A stretch of DNA of 64,000 nt from Octopus vulgaris (lineage: Eukaryota), in assembly GCA_951406725.2 (NCBI GenBank), contig OX597828.1:63054001-63118000 (forward strand), written 5' to 3'. The first letter of the stretch is position 1; every line of letters begins with the position of its first letter. A model generated the notes under the pieces. That model had not been told where the DNA came from. It made no database searches and saw nothing but the letters and a program-made list of their open reading frames with translations. The position numbers and the translations under genes were made by a program. Shown one piece after another: positions 35,885 to 54,272 of the stretch.

Positions 35885-38534
35885 ATATATATGACAGGTT
35901 TCTTTCAGTTTCCATCTACCAAATCTACTCATAAGGCTTTGGTTAGCCTGAGTCTATGGTAGAAGACATTTGCCCAAGGTGCCACACAGTGGGACTGAAC
36001 CTGCAACCATGAGGTTGTGGAACAAATTTCTTACCACACAGCCATGTTTGTATCTGATGTATATTAATATATCTTTTATCTTTTGGCTGTTTCAGTCATT
36101 GGGCTGTGGTCATGCCGGAGCACCACCTTGAAAAGTTTCGTTGAACAATCAAACCCAGGACTTATTTTAATGTCTGGTACTTATCCTGACAGTTACTTTA
36201 AACAAACTAGTAAGCTATGGAGATGTAAATGAACCAACGCCGGCTGACAAGCACTGGAAACAAACACACACACACACACACATATATATGTACACGCATA
36301 TATTTATGCGTGTGTGTGTGTAAGTTGAATGATGAAAGCACAAAATACGACGATGAGAAAACTTCTATTTGCCCAAAGAATGGTGACATTCTGTTTGCCC
36401 AATAATTTGTTTAAACAGTTAGTAACTTTTAAACGAGTCTTTCTTTCAGTATTGTGATTGTATCAAGATACGGGTGTTAAGGTTGCAAGCTGGGAAAAAT
36501 GCTGCTCTTTACGTTCTGAGTTCAAATTCCACTGAGGTTGACTTTGCCTTTTATCCTTTCATGACTGATAAAATAAGTACCAGTTGAGTACTGGGGTCAG
36601 TGTGATTGTCTTACCCCCACACCCTCAGAAATGCTAGCCTTATGCCAAAATTTGAAACCAATATGTGTGTGTGCGTATGCATATATGATGAGCTTCCCCA
36701 CAGTTTCCATTTACCAAATTCACTCACAAGGCATTACTCAGCCCAACACTATGGTAGAAGACACTTGCCCAAGGTGTCACGCAGTGGGGATGAACCTAAA
36801 ACTACATGGCCATAAAACCATCTTTTCTACTTTTTTTACTCTTTTACTTGTTTCAGTCACTTAACTGCGGCCATGCTGGAGCACCACATTTTAGTCAAAC
36901 AAATCAACCCCAGGACTTATTCTTTGTAAGCCTAGTACTTATTTTATCAGTTCTTTTGCCGAACCACTAAGTTACGGGGACATAAACATAACATCGGTTG
37001 TCAAGCAATGGTGGTGGTGGGGAATAAACACAGACACACGAACATATATATATATATTTATATATTTATATATATATATATACATATATACGACGGGCTT
37101 CTTTCAGTTTCCATCTACCAAATCCACTCACAAGGCTTTGGTCGGTTGGAGGCTATAGTAGAAGACACTTGCCCAAGGTGCCATGCAGTGGGACTGAACC
37201 TGGAAAAATGTGGTTGGGAAGCAAGCTTCTTTCCACAGAGAAAAAAGATTTTTTAGAAAAATTACTTGGGAATTGCCAGTCAAACGACTGGAGACTTTGG
37301 AAGTATATTTCTAGTATCAGAGGTACTACCAGGAAATATAGCTTACGTAGAATAATTGTAATTCAACTTTTATCAACTTTCTGGGTACATTTCAAAAGAA
37401 AAATATTTATTACCTTAAAAATAAAATAAAATAAATCTCTCATTTGTATAACTTCTCCTCCTTTACCTCTTCCTTCTCTGTATGCTTTCTTCTTTCTTAC
37501 TGCGTGTTTGAGTGTAGGATTCTTTTACTCATTGCCTGCCACCAAGCCTAGTATGTGCACTCATCCTGCACCTTTTATTTGCATTACACTTTTACACTGT
37601 GTCTGTCTGTATGTCTCTTTCTCTCTGTCTCCTTCTATTTTCTCTCTATATGATATAAAGCATAACTAAAGAAACCAACCAAACAAACATTTATATCAGC
37701 CATTATATTAAGAGTGTTTTCTCATTATTTTTATCTTTTGCATTCTTTTCACTTTTTTTCTCTCTGTAAATAATTTATTAAAGTCAATAAAATTCATGTT
37801 TTTACTCACAAAACCTAATGCCTGTGATATTTTTCTCTCAGAAAAAAAATGTTTTTGACAAAATTTTCCCCTGAAATTCTACTTGAAACCCTTCTTTGCA
37901 AAATTTTCTCCCTAAATTTCATCTGCCTATTCATGACAAACAAGGGTCGTTTGTATATCCACAGTTCCTTAACCCTTTCATAGCTATATTTCTGTTGAAA
38001 TACATAAACCTTTGTTTCAATTCATTTTCAAAATAAAGAAGAATTTCACAAAATGGTTTAATCATTACGTTGCTTGAGGCATTGGATGAAAATGACATTT
38101 TCATGGAAGGTTTTAACCCTGATCAATTTAAAGTAGGAAGTTTATATCATAGAAGCAAGAGTGATCTCCGATAGGTTGGCATCATGAAGGGTAAATGCTC
38201 TCATTCCATCTAAAACATACTCCACTATCATCATGCGTCCGTTTTCCATGCTGGCATGGAATGGACGGTTTGAAAGAAGCTGACCAGCATGAAGGGCTGT
38301 TCTGGCTCCATGTTTGGTTTGGCATGGTTTCTACAACTGGACGCCCTTCCTAAAGCCAACCACTTTACACAGTGTAATGGATGCTTTTACATAGGACTGG
38401 CATAAGGGATTTTTATATGACACCAGTACCTATGAGCCCACAAGATTAAGGATGATTAGCTGGAGAGGGTTGCAGGGGATAAGCCTGTATGCAAGGACAA
38501 CCACACTTTTACTTAGCTTGATATGTCTTTTCAA

Positions 38535-38980
38535 GCTGGGGACTTTGTCCCTTGTCATCCCCTCAGAAAGTGCCAATGTCTGTAGATCCTTTCTCACCAG
38601 TTCGTTCCATGTCTTCCACTTGTTTCCTCTACAATTAGAGACTGGCACCTCTTAATACAACTGTCCTCATTTATATGCATCACATGACCATACCAGTGCA
38701 ACACACACACAGCAGGCTTCTCTCAGTTTCCTTCTACAATTAGAGATCGGCACCTCTTGATACAACTGTCCTCATTCATATGCATTCCATGACCATACCA
38801 TTGCAACACACACACAAGAAGCTTCTCTCAGTCTCCTTCTACAATTAGAGATCGGCACCTCTCAATGCAAGTGTCCTCATCCATTTGCATCATATCACCA
38901 TACCAGTGCAGTCTTTTCTCTTGCACACAACATCTGATGCTACAGTTTCTCTTTGAAACCACTTACACTCTGTCAAACTT
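38535..38980 (-). mobile_element. RTE LINE 3' fragment with an internal ~115-bp segment triplicated
   Basis: Minus strand reads IRCCVQEKRLHWYGDMMQMDEDTCIERCRSLIVEG (three partial copies) and KTWNELVRKDLQTLALSEGMTRDK, typical of the RTE C-terminus. A + strand piece of the same tail lies at ~35170-35280. Confidence 0.7.
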
Positions 38981-39959
38981 AATGATTTTTTCTTGCTGTC
39001 CAAAGTCCAGGAATTAAATATTCCTTGTATTCTGCTGAATATTCTCTTGAGATTTTTTATATTCATGCTATTTTTCTACGGAAGATATCTTGCCTTTTTT
39101 GTCATTTGTGAAATTTTCATGTTGGAAATACATAATACATGTTAACCTTGGTTTAGCATCCACAACCATAGAAAGACCAGAAACATAAAACTTAGAGAAA
39201 TGTACAGCTTCTGATGAAATACATACATATATTCACACACTTACATGTACATTATACACACATACATGATGTGATACATATATACATATGTTGTAACCCA
39301 CATGACCACTGTTGTAATCCTTAAACTAAGATTGTTATAATGTCCACTCTGGTATAGCTGTATAGTTAGTAAGACAAATAAGACCACTACTATCTTTAAC
39401 TGTCTACTTCATACTCTCTCTCTCCATACTGACTGATGTCACCTTATTTATGGTGACCAACACATACCACTTGTTAGTGGGAGGGGTGGGGTATACCATT
39501 ATTACTATTATCCCCATATCTCTCCTTTTAAGTTTTTCTTTTTTTTCTTAGGGAGTGTCATTTTCTTTCAATAGCAATACTTTTTATATCACCCCACCTC
39601 CCTTTTTAAAGTTTTCGGCGTAACCCTAACCCTAGACACCGGGTGCGTGTATTCTCTACCTTCGCCTTATTTAATAATGGCTTCAAATTTTGGCACAAGG
39701 CCAGCAATTTCGGGGTAGGGAAGAAGTCGATTATATCGACCCAAGTGCTTAACTGGCACTTTTTTTAATCGATCCCAAAAGGATAAAAAGCAAAGTCGAC
39801 TTCGCCGAAATTTGAACTCAGAACGGACGAAATGCTGCTAAACATTTTTCCGGGCGCGTTAATGACTCTGCCTTATTGTTTAATAATAACGTTAAATAAC
39901 AACATCAGCAATAAATGATATTTCTTTCTTTTGTAGTTTTGTTGTTGTTGTGACTCACT

Positions 39960-41505
39960 CCTCTTCTGAAACCCTCCAGACTTCAACAATAACAACACTC
40001 AACAATAAGAAACAAACAATGAGAATAAGAAATAAGAGATACATTATAATATAATCAGCTCAGCCGTTCTCCTCACGTCTTTTCTTGTAACAATCATGAT
40101 AATAACATTATCATCCTGAACAACAATAATGATAATAATCAACATTATCATTATAAGCAATAATAAAAGTAAAAATAGCAACACACGAACAAAAATACAG
40201 AAAGTATCACAAAACAACAAAACCAGCAACAACAACTTCCACAACAATAAATTCGATGCTTGACTAACTAACACAAAATCAAAAACCACTGAAAACAACA
40301 ACAAAGGCAAACCACTGACTAACAACAATAAAAACTTCCTAAACAACATCCCTCCACTCACACTCCAACTTTCAACACCAGACGACATCACTCACACTAC
40401 AACTTTTGCGCCGCTTCTCTCCTCCTACTGCAACTCAACTGACGAGAACGCGCAATGCTCCCATCACTTTAACAACTACTACCACTACTGCTACCGTTAC
40501 TGCAACCACTATAGGTCTTACTCATCCTACCACTCTTTATCACTTCCTACTTTTCTTTTCTTTTTCCTCTTCTTTTGTTGTATTCCTCCTTCATTGTTGC
40601 TCTCTGTTTCCCTCTTTTTTATATCTCTCTCTTTAGTACACACACTCTCTGGATAATACAATTTTATTCCTTTTCTCTCCGTCTTTGCCTTGTGTTCCCA
40701 CTCATTTTGTGAAGTCTTCCTCTCTAACGCCTATTAGTACCACTTTACTACTCACTCTCACTCACATCCTCTCTCTCTCTATCCCTTTTATACATGCACA
40801 CCCTCCGTCTTTCTCTGCGCCTGATACTATTACGCTTTCTGACTTCGTTTGTTTTTCTCTTACTCCCCCCCATTTACTTGCTACCCTCACTCCATTATTA
40901 CTTATACATTCACCAACTCCCACTCAATTACACACCGAAGCTTCACTCACTTATACGGCATTGCTACCCCCTCTCTTTCTCTCTCACTTACTCATTTACA
41001 GACACATACACTTATTACGGTTTCTTCCTTTATCCTTCTCTCTTTCTCTGTCATACACTCTCCCTGACACATTCGGCATTGCTACTCTCTCTACATAGTC
41101 TCCTCACCCTTTACCTCCACATAGTCACACACAAAGCCTAGCTACTCTCTCTCTCTCTAAAGACAGTCTTTTCCTTCTTCTGCATCCCCCTTTCTCTCTA
41201 CTTACACATTGCTACTCTCTCCGCTCTCTCTCCCTTTCTCTCTCACTTTACTCAATCTCATACTGTGTCTGTTTTTCTGTCACAGATACACTCACAGACA
41301 TTGCTACCCTCACTGAACCCCTTTCTCCACACAGATTTCTCTTCCTCTCCCTCTGTCTTCACAGTGTCTCTCTCTCTCTCCCTCTCTCTCACGTTCTCCC
41401 GCCTCCTCTTCCTCTTTCCATCCCTCTCGTCTCCACTTTTGTCTCTCTCTCCCAAACTCTCATCTGCCGGGGCTGAGTGAAGTTTGCTGTGTTTGCCAGA
41501 CGACC
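39960..41505 (+). promoter_or_regulatory. G-poor leader (A/C-rich, then C/T-rich) upstream of the UBE2R2 start; probable promoter and 5' UTR
   Basis: Strong strand skew over 1.5 kb, CpG retained, ending at the Kozak-like gaccATGG. Confidence 0.5.
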
Positions 41506-41682
41506 ATGGCGCAAAACGCCACGGGCGGTGCTGTGAAGGCTTTACAATTGGAACTGAAGAAAATCCAAGAGGAACCGGTCGAAGGATTTCGAGTAAATTT
41601 GACGAACGATGACAATTTATTTGTGTGGGAGGTGGCGATTTTCGGTCCCCCCAGTACATTGTATGAAGGGGGTTATTTCAAG
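41506..41682 (+). CDS. UBE2R2: Ubiquitin-conjugating enzyme E2 R2 / CDC34, coding exon 1
   Basis: MAQNATGGAVKALQLELKKIQEEPVEGFRVNLTNDDNLFVWEVAIFGPPSTLYEGGYFK matches the CDC34/UBE2R N-terminus (KALxLELK.lQEEPVEGF..WEVAIFGPP.TLYEGGYFK). Phase-0 donor AAG|gtgagt. No later exon was found in the window. Confidence 0.93.
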
Positions 41683-41741
41683 GTGAGTAAGCCTTAGTTG
41701 TGTGTGTGTGGAGAATGTGCAACTATTGTGGACAGTACAGA

Positions 41742-41810
<69 letters not shown>

Positions 41811-42050
41811 GACAATTATGTATGTATTGTGTGATTATACTAAATACATAGATACAGACAGAAAAGGATGTGTGGATGATTATGTATAGTAAAGTGGGTA
41901 TAGGATTCAGAGCGATATATTGCATATATATATATATATAAAAGATGTATTTATTGTTATATATACATCACTATGTAAAGTATAGTATGTATATTCATAC
42001 ATGGTTGAATACATATTGTGTAGGAAAGCAAGGAAAAAGGCCAATTTATA

Positions 42051-42097
<47 letters not shown>

Positions 42098-43613
42098 GAG
42101 AGAAGAGAATGTGAATAGGTGTATATATAGATGTGTATAGTATGAAATACGAGATCGTTAATACACACACATGTGCATATGTGTGTGTGTGTGTATAAAT
42201 ATATATTCAACTCGAGCTATTGCCTAAATATGTCTGCTTCTAGTCTTTTTTTGTTTTTTGTTTTGTTTCTGGCTTGTGAATGTAAAATATATAAATATTA
42301 TAATGTAATGCCCGATGCGATCGACTGAAATCTTCAGTGCAGTGTTACAGCATGGCCGCAGTCCACTGATTTCTAAACCAGTGAAAGATTTGTGTGTGTG
42401 TGTGTGTACTCATAATAATAATTATTAGAATCTGACCAGGTATGTAATGTCGAAGAGAGCGTTCGATTAATCGAGATCGATAAAGTAAGTACACGACTGA
42501 AATAAGTATTGAGGGCGATACGGAGTCGGTGCCCCAGTATGGCCGCACTCCAGTGACTAAGACCTCTACACTAATAGACACCACACACACAGGCCGTTGT
42601 ACTAATACATATATATATACACACACACACATATATATATACATTAAAGCTTTAAATATACACATTTCATGTATGTATGTCTACTAATATAACGTATACA
42701 TGAGTATAATGTGTATAAAACTTGTCATTCTTTTACCTATTACTTTTCTATGTTATATATACCCTCTTATACACACAATTTCATTCAATATATATACTCT
42801 GAAGCGATCTATTATACATATAATTCGTTGGTGTATATAACAAATATAGGTATTATTCGTTATGGAAATGCATATACAGCATGTATGTATACACACACAC
42901 ACACACATATATATATAATGTGTATACATTTAAATGTATAATTTATATCTATTTTGCATATGTATATTTACACGAATGTATATAACGTATGTCAATATGA
43001 GTGACTGCACTCACACAATGTATATAGGCAAGATCGTGTGCATATAATGTGTATCTACTTTATTTTGTGTGTATAATGTATATCTACTTGCTCGTGAATG
43101 TACGATGTGATGTCTAATAATTGTATATCTTAGTGTTCTGTTTGTAATGTATAATTTACATGGCTATTGGATGTGTATAATACACTAATTGTGTGGATAT
43201 ATGAGTAATATATGTAAGTAAATGATTGTGTGTGTTTATAATGTATACATGTACGTGTGTAATGTGCACTACATGGTTCTGTGTGGGTTTATAACCAGGG
43301 TACTTTGTATGTATATATATATATATAATGTGTCCACGTTATATATACATATATATGGCAATCGGCATTGTTGTTAAGATCGTTATAGTCACGAGTGTAT
43401 ATTTTATCCATATGTACATTAGAGAAATTATATAATCTATGTATATATAATTTATGCTTGTGTGTGTATATATATATGGGTTAAATCTTGCAGTGTATGT
43501 ATATATTGTTTATATTTGCATACACACACCATCACAAACCTCACATCCTTTATTTATATAATAATGTATACCGATATTTGAATCTGGATTTCATGTATAC
43601 AAAGCATAAAGAT

Positions 43614-43651
<38 letters not shown>

Positions 43652-43770
43652 TCCTTCAGTGTGTAGAGTATATATTTTCGTTGTCTTTCCAAATCTCTCC
43701 TACCAAGCTAGTTTTGTTGTTGTCACTGCAACCATTGTTGTTGTTTTTTTACTACCACCGCCCTCTCTCT

Positions 43771-43806
<36 letters not shown>

Positions 43807-43871
43807 TAAAACGGTAAGATAACAAAAGAAAGAAAGAGACCTCAATATTATGTAAATAGAGGAAATTTATC

Positions 43872-44064
43872 TATACAATAATATGTTACATTACTCGATA
43901 GTCAAGATAAAACTCTGAGTTTCAGATGCCGAAGTGGAAATCCACAACACCATCTCTTCGGTTATCTGGCTATTTCAGATAACCGAAGAGATGGTGTTGT
44001 GGATTTCCACTTCGGCATCTGAAACTCAGAGTTTTATCTTGACTATCGAGTAATGTAACATATT

Positions 44065-44072
<8 letters not shown>
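43872..44072. repeat. Inverted repeat with 97-bp arms and a 7-nt loop in (TA)n, Penelope-like derived (copy at 60251-60451)
   Basis: tatacaataatatgttacattactcgatag...gttatctg-gctattt-cagataac...tattattgtata. Confidence 0.9.
43977..44039 (+). ncRNA. Variant minimal hammerhead ribozyme (CCGAAGA core), mirrored on the minus strand
   Basis: Stem I AGAUAA/UUAUCU (6 bp). Core CCGAAGA at 43983-43989. Stem II GAUG..GUGGA-UU-UCCAC..CAUC plus an extra U. GAAA at 44021. Stem III ACUCAGAGU, identical to the 23 kb copy. Triplet GUU. Confidence 0.5.
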
Positions 44073-44136
<64 letters not shown>

Positions 44137-44358
44137 TACACACACACACATACTCTTTTACTCGTTTCAGCCATGACCATCTTGTCTAAACCGAGACCGT
44201 TATTGCTTTATATCCGTCACCCCCTTCACTATCTTTTTGTTACCAAGAGGACGTTCTAATAGTTGTAGTAGTATTAGTATTAGTAGTAGAAATTGTTGTT
44301 GTCCAACGAATCGAATGAGAGGCTGAATGTATTGTAAGGAAGATGGTCACACACACCA

Positions 44359-44396
<38 letters not shown>

Positions 44397-44517
44397 TATA
44401 CACATGTAGATATGTACCATTGTTGGAAAACATGGTGAACATTCGAGCTGGAACGAACATGGACACACAATGATTTCACGTGGCTACACACATATGCAGA
44501 TGTGTGTGTATATGTGT

Positions 44518-44546
<29 letters not shown>

Positions 44547-44556
<10 letters not shown>

Positions 44557-44719
44557 GAAATGAGGTACTCAGAAAATCGGATGGTTTTATATTTACAGAT
44601 ATTTATTTGTGTAAAAACATGTAATATACAAATAAATATCTGTAAATATAAAACCCTCCGATTTTCTGAGTACCTCATTTCTTCTAATATAAAATACCTG
44701 TACACCATCTCCAAACCTT

Positions 44720-44721
<2 letters not shown>
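44547..44721. repeat. Inverted-repeat element (~64-bp arms, 17-nt loop, short tail) between (TA)n tracts (copy near 60910-61080)
   Basis: ttagaagaaatgaggtactcagaaaatcgga...atttatttgt / acaaataaat...tccgattttctgagtacctcatttcttctaa. Confidence 0.8.
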
Positions 44722-44762
<41 letters not shown>

Positions 44763-45075
44763 CACACACACACAAACATATTAGTATTTGTCAATATATA
44801 TCGCGTTCTGAATGTGACGTCTTTGTGTGTCTTTGAAATCATTAAAGTTTTATTTAAAAAAAAAATCATCTGTCAAGCTATCTACGTTTATTTATTTGAT
44901 CATCTCCAGGTATAACAATATATATATATATAGTGTCAGTAAATACACACACACTCGAGCATACATTCAAACACAATTCTTACTGGCTTTATTTTCCGTG
45001 GCCATGCTGAAGCACCGCATTTGTGTATGTGTGTGTATATCTATCTGTCTGTCCGTATGTGTATGTGTGTGTATG

Positions 45076-45137
<62 letters not shown>

Positions 45138-45470
45138 TATAGATATAGGCGGACGACGGAAACAATCTGAATAATCGTTATTTCTTTTGTTCAAACGTTT
45201 CTTTATCCAAACGACAACAGAATTCAAAACCAGTGATAGTGTTTATATTTACATCTTGGCTGTGTTCTCTGCAAACCTTATCGAATTGTATTATATAAGG
45301 ATTTTCAAACACAATGGCCTCGGTTGTAAATACACACACACACATATTCACCTAGGGTTCAAATACAGGCTGTTATCCTCGTGGTTATATTTTATTTTGG
45401 ATGCCTTTTTGTTTTCGACCGGTAAAATTCAGTGCTTATTGTTCGGAATGTATTTAGATTCAGTGTGGTT

Positions 45471-45526
<56 letters not shown>

Positions 45527-45534
45527 TATATGTA

Positions 45535-45584
<50 letters not shown>

Positions 45585-45592
45585 TATATGTA

Positions 45593-45632
<40 letters not shown>

Positions 45633-45635
45633 GAC

Positions 45636-45666
<31 letters not shown>

Positions 45667-47029
45667 TATATAGACATATATGTATGTGTGTGTGTATATA
45701 TATATATATATATACACACACGTCTGTGTGTGTACATACATATATTTGATAAATATATGCATTGTGCACTGAATATTTTGCCATAACCTTAAATTGTAGT
45801 TCTTCCGGCTTTTTTTTCTTTCTCGAAAACGTGAATTTATAACAGTTGTGTGTGTACATGTGTATGTACATATGTATGTGCGTGTGATATACTCTATTGA
45901 AAGTGAAAAACCTCGCAAAACTTAGTCCGAGGTTCGTTTCTGATTGTCGTGTGTTCACGTGCGTACAGAAAAATTAGAAATAATGAAATCGTGTCTGTAT
46001 GTTGTTATGCTTAATTTGCATTAGACTTGCCGTGCCATTAGTAACATCATGAACATCACATCTTCACATTGTTCCTCATTATATGGAAGCAGCTCCATAT
46101 TTGTCCTAAGAATTCTGACAATGCTTTTGTGTGTGTATCTCTCTCTTTGTCTTTCCCTCTGTGTTTCCAGTGTGTTCTTTGCATGGACGTCTTCTTCCTT
46201 GTGTGTGTGCACGAAACACGTATGTGTTTTGAGATATGGAAATAAAACGATGATGGTGTGTGTGTGTGTGTGTGTGAGATCTAGTTTATTGTCATTGAAA
46301 AATGAATTCCATCCCGAGTTTAAAAAATTGAAACATTTACTGCAGTAACAACGGCAATCAATACATCTCAAATTGCATTGTTTTTTATTGACAAATATAA
46401 ACAATAGCATATACACACCACTGTGTGTATGTGTAATACGTTTTCTGCTTTGTTGAACGTCCATCAATCAGGTGATGGAGAGTTTTTTTTTTTGGCCATG
46501 TTAAGGGCAGTGTACACATGTGAAACCACTTGGGGTTGCTGATGTCTTCAAATGATGCTGTCTTGCTCTGTCTCCTCTTCCCACACCTCTTTCTACAGCT
46601 AGGAAGACGACTTTAGTATGTTTTCGCCATGGACGGAGGTGAAACATCAATAATGTTTATGTGCAGCAGCAGCAGCAGCCGTCCTCACTACCAGCTTCTG
46701 GGCCTTGTGGTCAGCGATAGAACAACCAGATTACACAGACCACACCACACTGCAATGCAGTAGTAAGGTCAGGATGCTCTCTCACTTGTATATGGGGGAA
46801 AGTTGGAGAGTAGCCGAGAAGGAAAATTAATTTAATTTTCTTTCTCCAAAGGAAATCCAGACTCGACTGGAACTTGCTTCACTATAAAACAGGTGGGCTA
46901 CGAGAGGATCTCTGTTGCAGGTTTTTAAAATTTAAAATTTTTAATAGGTTGGTACTCAAAACTTTTTGTAAGGCCTCAGAGTGATGAGGTCTCTGCAGCC
47001 GATGCCCCACTTGACATCTGTAGTGGAAA

Positions 47030-47335
47030 ATCTGGACAGGAGTAAACTGGGGTAGGTGGGTAGTGGTGGAGTGGTTTGTGGTTCTGGTCTGAACATGGAT
47101 GAACCAGGGTTAGTGGTGGGCCTGGTCTAAATGTAGATGGAGTTAACCAGTTTGGATGGTGGGTCTGGTTTGAATGTGGGTGGACTGGACCAGTGTAGGT
47201 GGTGGTTCTGATCTGAATGTGGGTGGAGTAGACCAGGGTGGGTGTTGGATTCTGTCCTGAATGATGCTTGAAACAGTAAACTTCATCAAATGCATCTAAT
47301 GGTGGTGGTGGTGGAGTTGAACCAGGTAGAGGATC
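47030..47335. repeat. Degenerate GT-rich minisatellite, unit ~43 bp (copy at ~63380-63680)
   Basis: Repeated ggtggtgg(g/t)tctg(g/a)tctgaatgtgggtggagtagaccag(g/t)g, about 5-6 units. Confidence 0.65.
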
Positions 47336-49405
47336 TAATCAAGAAATGTGATGATGTTTGCCATTGCTATAAACAAGTATAATCAGGTGAAAGAAGTGCA
47401 AATTGTTTCACACACACACACCAAATCTCCTGCACATGTCTTTACCACAAACTTTGATAGTTTTATAACAGTTTTTTTGTTGGACAAATATTTTTCACCA
47501 TTGGTTGTATTTGACATTTCTTCATGCAAACTGGAGATAATACCAACTTCAGTGAATACTTATTATTATTATTGTTAATAGTAGAAGCAGTAGTTATGAT
47601 ATTTGTAGATAACATATTGTAATTGTGTTGAAAAACAATGTTTTCCTGGAAACACAAAAGTTTACACAATTCCACATTCTTAAATACACTTGTAAACATA
47701 ATCTAAATGCTCACGTAAACCTCGGGTTGTAAACATCCCCCTCCCCATCATTGTTTTATGTTTACTTTCCATTGTGGTCTGGATCATTACATCCTCAGTC
47801 AGATGCTCTTCAGGGTTATTGTTCCTCTAGGCAGGTTGTGTCCCATAACTTACAAACATTCTACTTATAGCACGTTTTCTATGGTTGGCTGTCCTACAAA
47901 GTATAGGGTCACTTGAAGAGTGTCTTGGGGTGTATTTTATTATGATATTAGCATTAGAAAGGTTGTCAGTGCCCTCAGCAGAATTAAAGGGTTCTGTCAA
48001 CCCTAGACCTCTCTGATAGTGGCATTAGCACTAGAGATTGTTATGCTCTTAATAAGACAAAAGGATCCACTTAACCCTTGCATTTCCTAACACCAACGAC
48101 ATACAGAGTGTATTGGCACTTGCTCTACAGAGGTTGTTAATGCCATCAACAAGAACAAAGGATCTTCTCAGCCCTGGCTCTTCTTAATTATGGTATTAAC
48201 ACTTTTGAAGTTGTCCATGTCCTTGGCTCCTCTTGACTCTGTAAAGTAGTACACAAACAATACAAAGTCTACGTAACACATTGTCGTCAGCTGTGTGTCA
48301 TAGATACGTTAATGCTCAACTGTAAACATAATATCTACAACTCTTCATTAAAATACACGTGCACATATTAAAAATTCAAGAATTAATGATTATAGTTTGT
48401 TGTACAGAGAAAATCATTTTTTTTTATTCAGGCTGCAGAGTCATTGGTGTGTCAGACAAAATACTTTGCAGCATTTCTTCTGATTCTTTACATTCAAGGT
48501 TCAGATTCTGTGAATGTTGGTGTGCCTTTCATTCTTGGAGGGGTGGGTCATTGAAATATGTGCTAGTTGAGCATTGGGGGTCAGTGTATAACTGACTTAC
48601 CCCTTCCCTCCCCTACAGTTGCTGGCTTTATGCCAAAATTTGAAATCATCAAAAGGTGCTGAGTTGGTTGTCTCAGTAGCACATCACTCAAGATACTAAG
48701 TGGTATTTCTTCTGGTACTTTTTGAGTTCAAATCCCATTGAAGTTGACTTTGCTGTTCATTGCTTTGGGTTTGATACAGCAAGTGCTGGGCCCAGTGTAA
48801 ATGACTACCCCCTCCCCTCAGAATTGCTGGCCTTGTACCAAAATTATTATTGTGGTGATGGTGGTGGTCAACATCCTTGTTCTGACTTTCATTGGCTTGG
48901 CGCAAAACCAACATTGAAGACTCAATCAATAAACTCTGTCTCACTAAAAAGTCATCCGTTTCTGACTCATTCTTCTTCTGTATCGTCTGTCACCTTTATC
49001 CACTCCATGGCTGCTCTTCAGGACTTCGCTTTTTCCAGCTGAACTGAAAACTCTCCACTGGCATTAGTCCTTAGGCTTCTCAACATCCCTCTTGTATGTT
49101 TCTCATAAGCATTGAGTTGTGCTGTTTTTTTTTTTTTTTTTTTTTCAATTTTAACTCCGCGTCAACTCTGATTCAGCAGACCTTATGATCAAAGGTATTC
49201 CAGCTTTGACCATCCCATTTTTCTATATATCTAGAACTATATTAACTAATGTGTCCTTCCTAAAATGGTAGGTTCAATTATAAAGAAATTTGGCTGCTGT
49301 TTCTAGCTGCTGAAGTAACACTGTCATTGACTGAAGGGTGCACTTGTATATAGGTAAAGTGTACCACATAAAACGACAGAATGAGTATAATCTCAATTAA
49401 AATAT

Positions 49406-51073
<1,668 letters not shown>

Positions 51074-51074
<1 letters not shown>

Positions 51075-51475
51075 ACTCTTTACTCTTTTACTTGTTTCAG
51101 TCATTTTGACTGCGGCCATGCTGGAGCACCGCCTTTAATCGAGCAACTCGACCCCGGGACTTATTCTTTTGTAAGCCCAGTACTTATTCTATCGGTCTCT
51201 TTTGCCGAACCGCTAAGTAACGGGGACATAAACACACCAGCATCAGTTGTCAAGCAATGCTAGGGGGACAAACACAGACACACAAACGTAGACACGCATA
51301 TATATATATATATATACATATATACGACGGGCTTCTTTCAGTTTCCGTCTACACCAAATCCACTCACAAGGCTTTGGTCGGCCCGAGGCTATAGTAGAAG
51401 ACACTTGCCCAAGATGCCACGCAGTGGGACTGAACCCGGAACCATGTAGTTGGTAAACAAGGTACTTACCACACA
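51074..51475 (-). mobile_element. Well-preserved CORE-type tRNA SINE separating the two long TA arrays
   Basis: All family segments present, CpGs intact, tail gtaaaagagtaaagagta on the minus strand. Confidence 0.85.
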
Positions 51476-54267
<2,792 letters not shown>

Positions 54268-54272
54268 CAAGA

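Larger units (their letters stand above)
39054..47654 (+). repeat. Segment duplicated at 55448-64000 (copy 1)
   Basis: Colinear near-identity with offset 16394 shrinking to 16346. Differences are mostly microsatellite lengths plus a few SNPs. Confidence 0.95.

Noticed and set aside
39621-39634. taaccctaacccta telomere-like motif
   Set aside because: Only two units; not a telomere or a meaningful interstitial array.
40044-41659. Several 70-137 aa ORFs upstream of and antisense to UBE2R2 exon 1
   Set aside because: They arise from compositional skew, and a 1-nt indel between the two copies reshuffles their frames.
47940-48240. Weak ~80-bp periodic sequence that could suggest a repeat-spacer array
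   Set aside because: Whole units are similar to each other with no unique spacers. It is a decayed minisatellite in eukaryotic DNA with no cas genes, not CRISPR.
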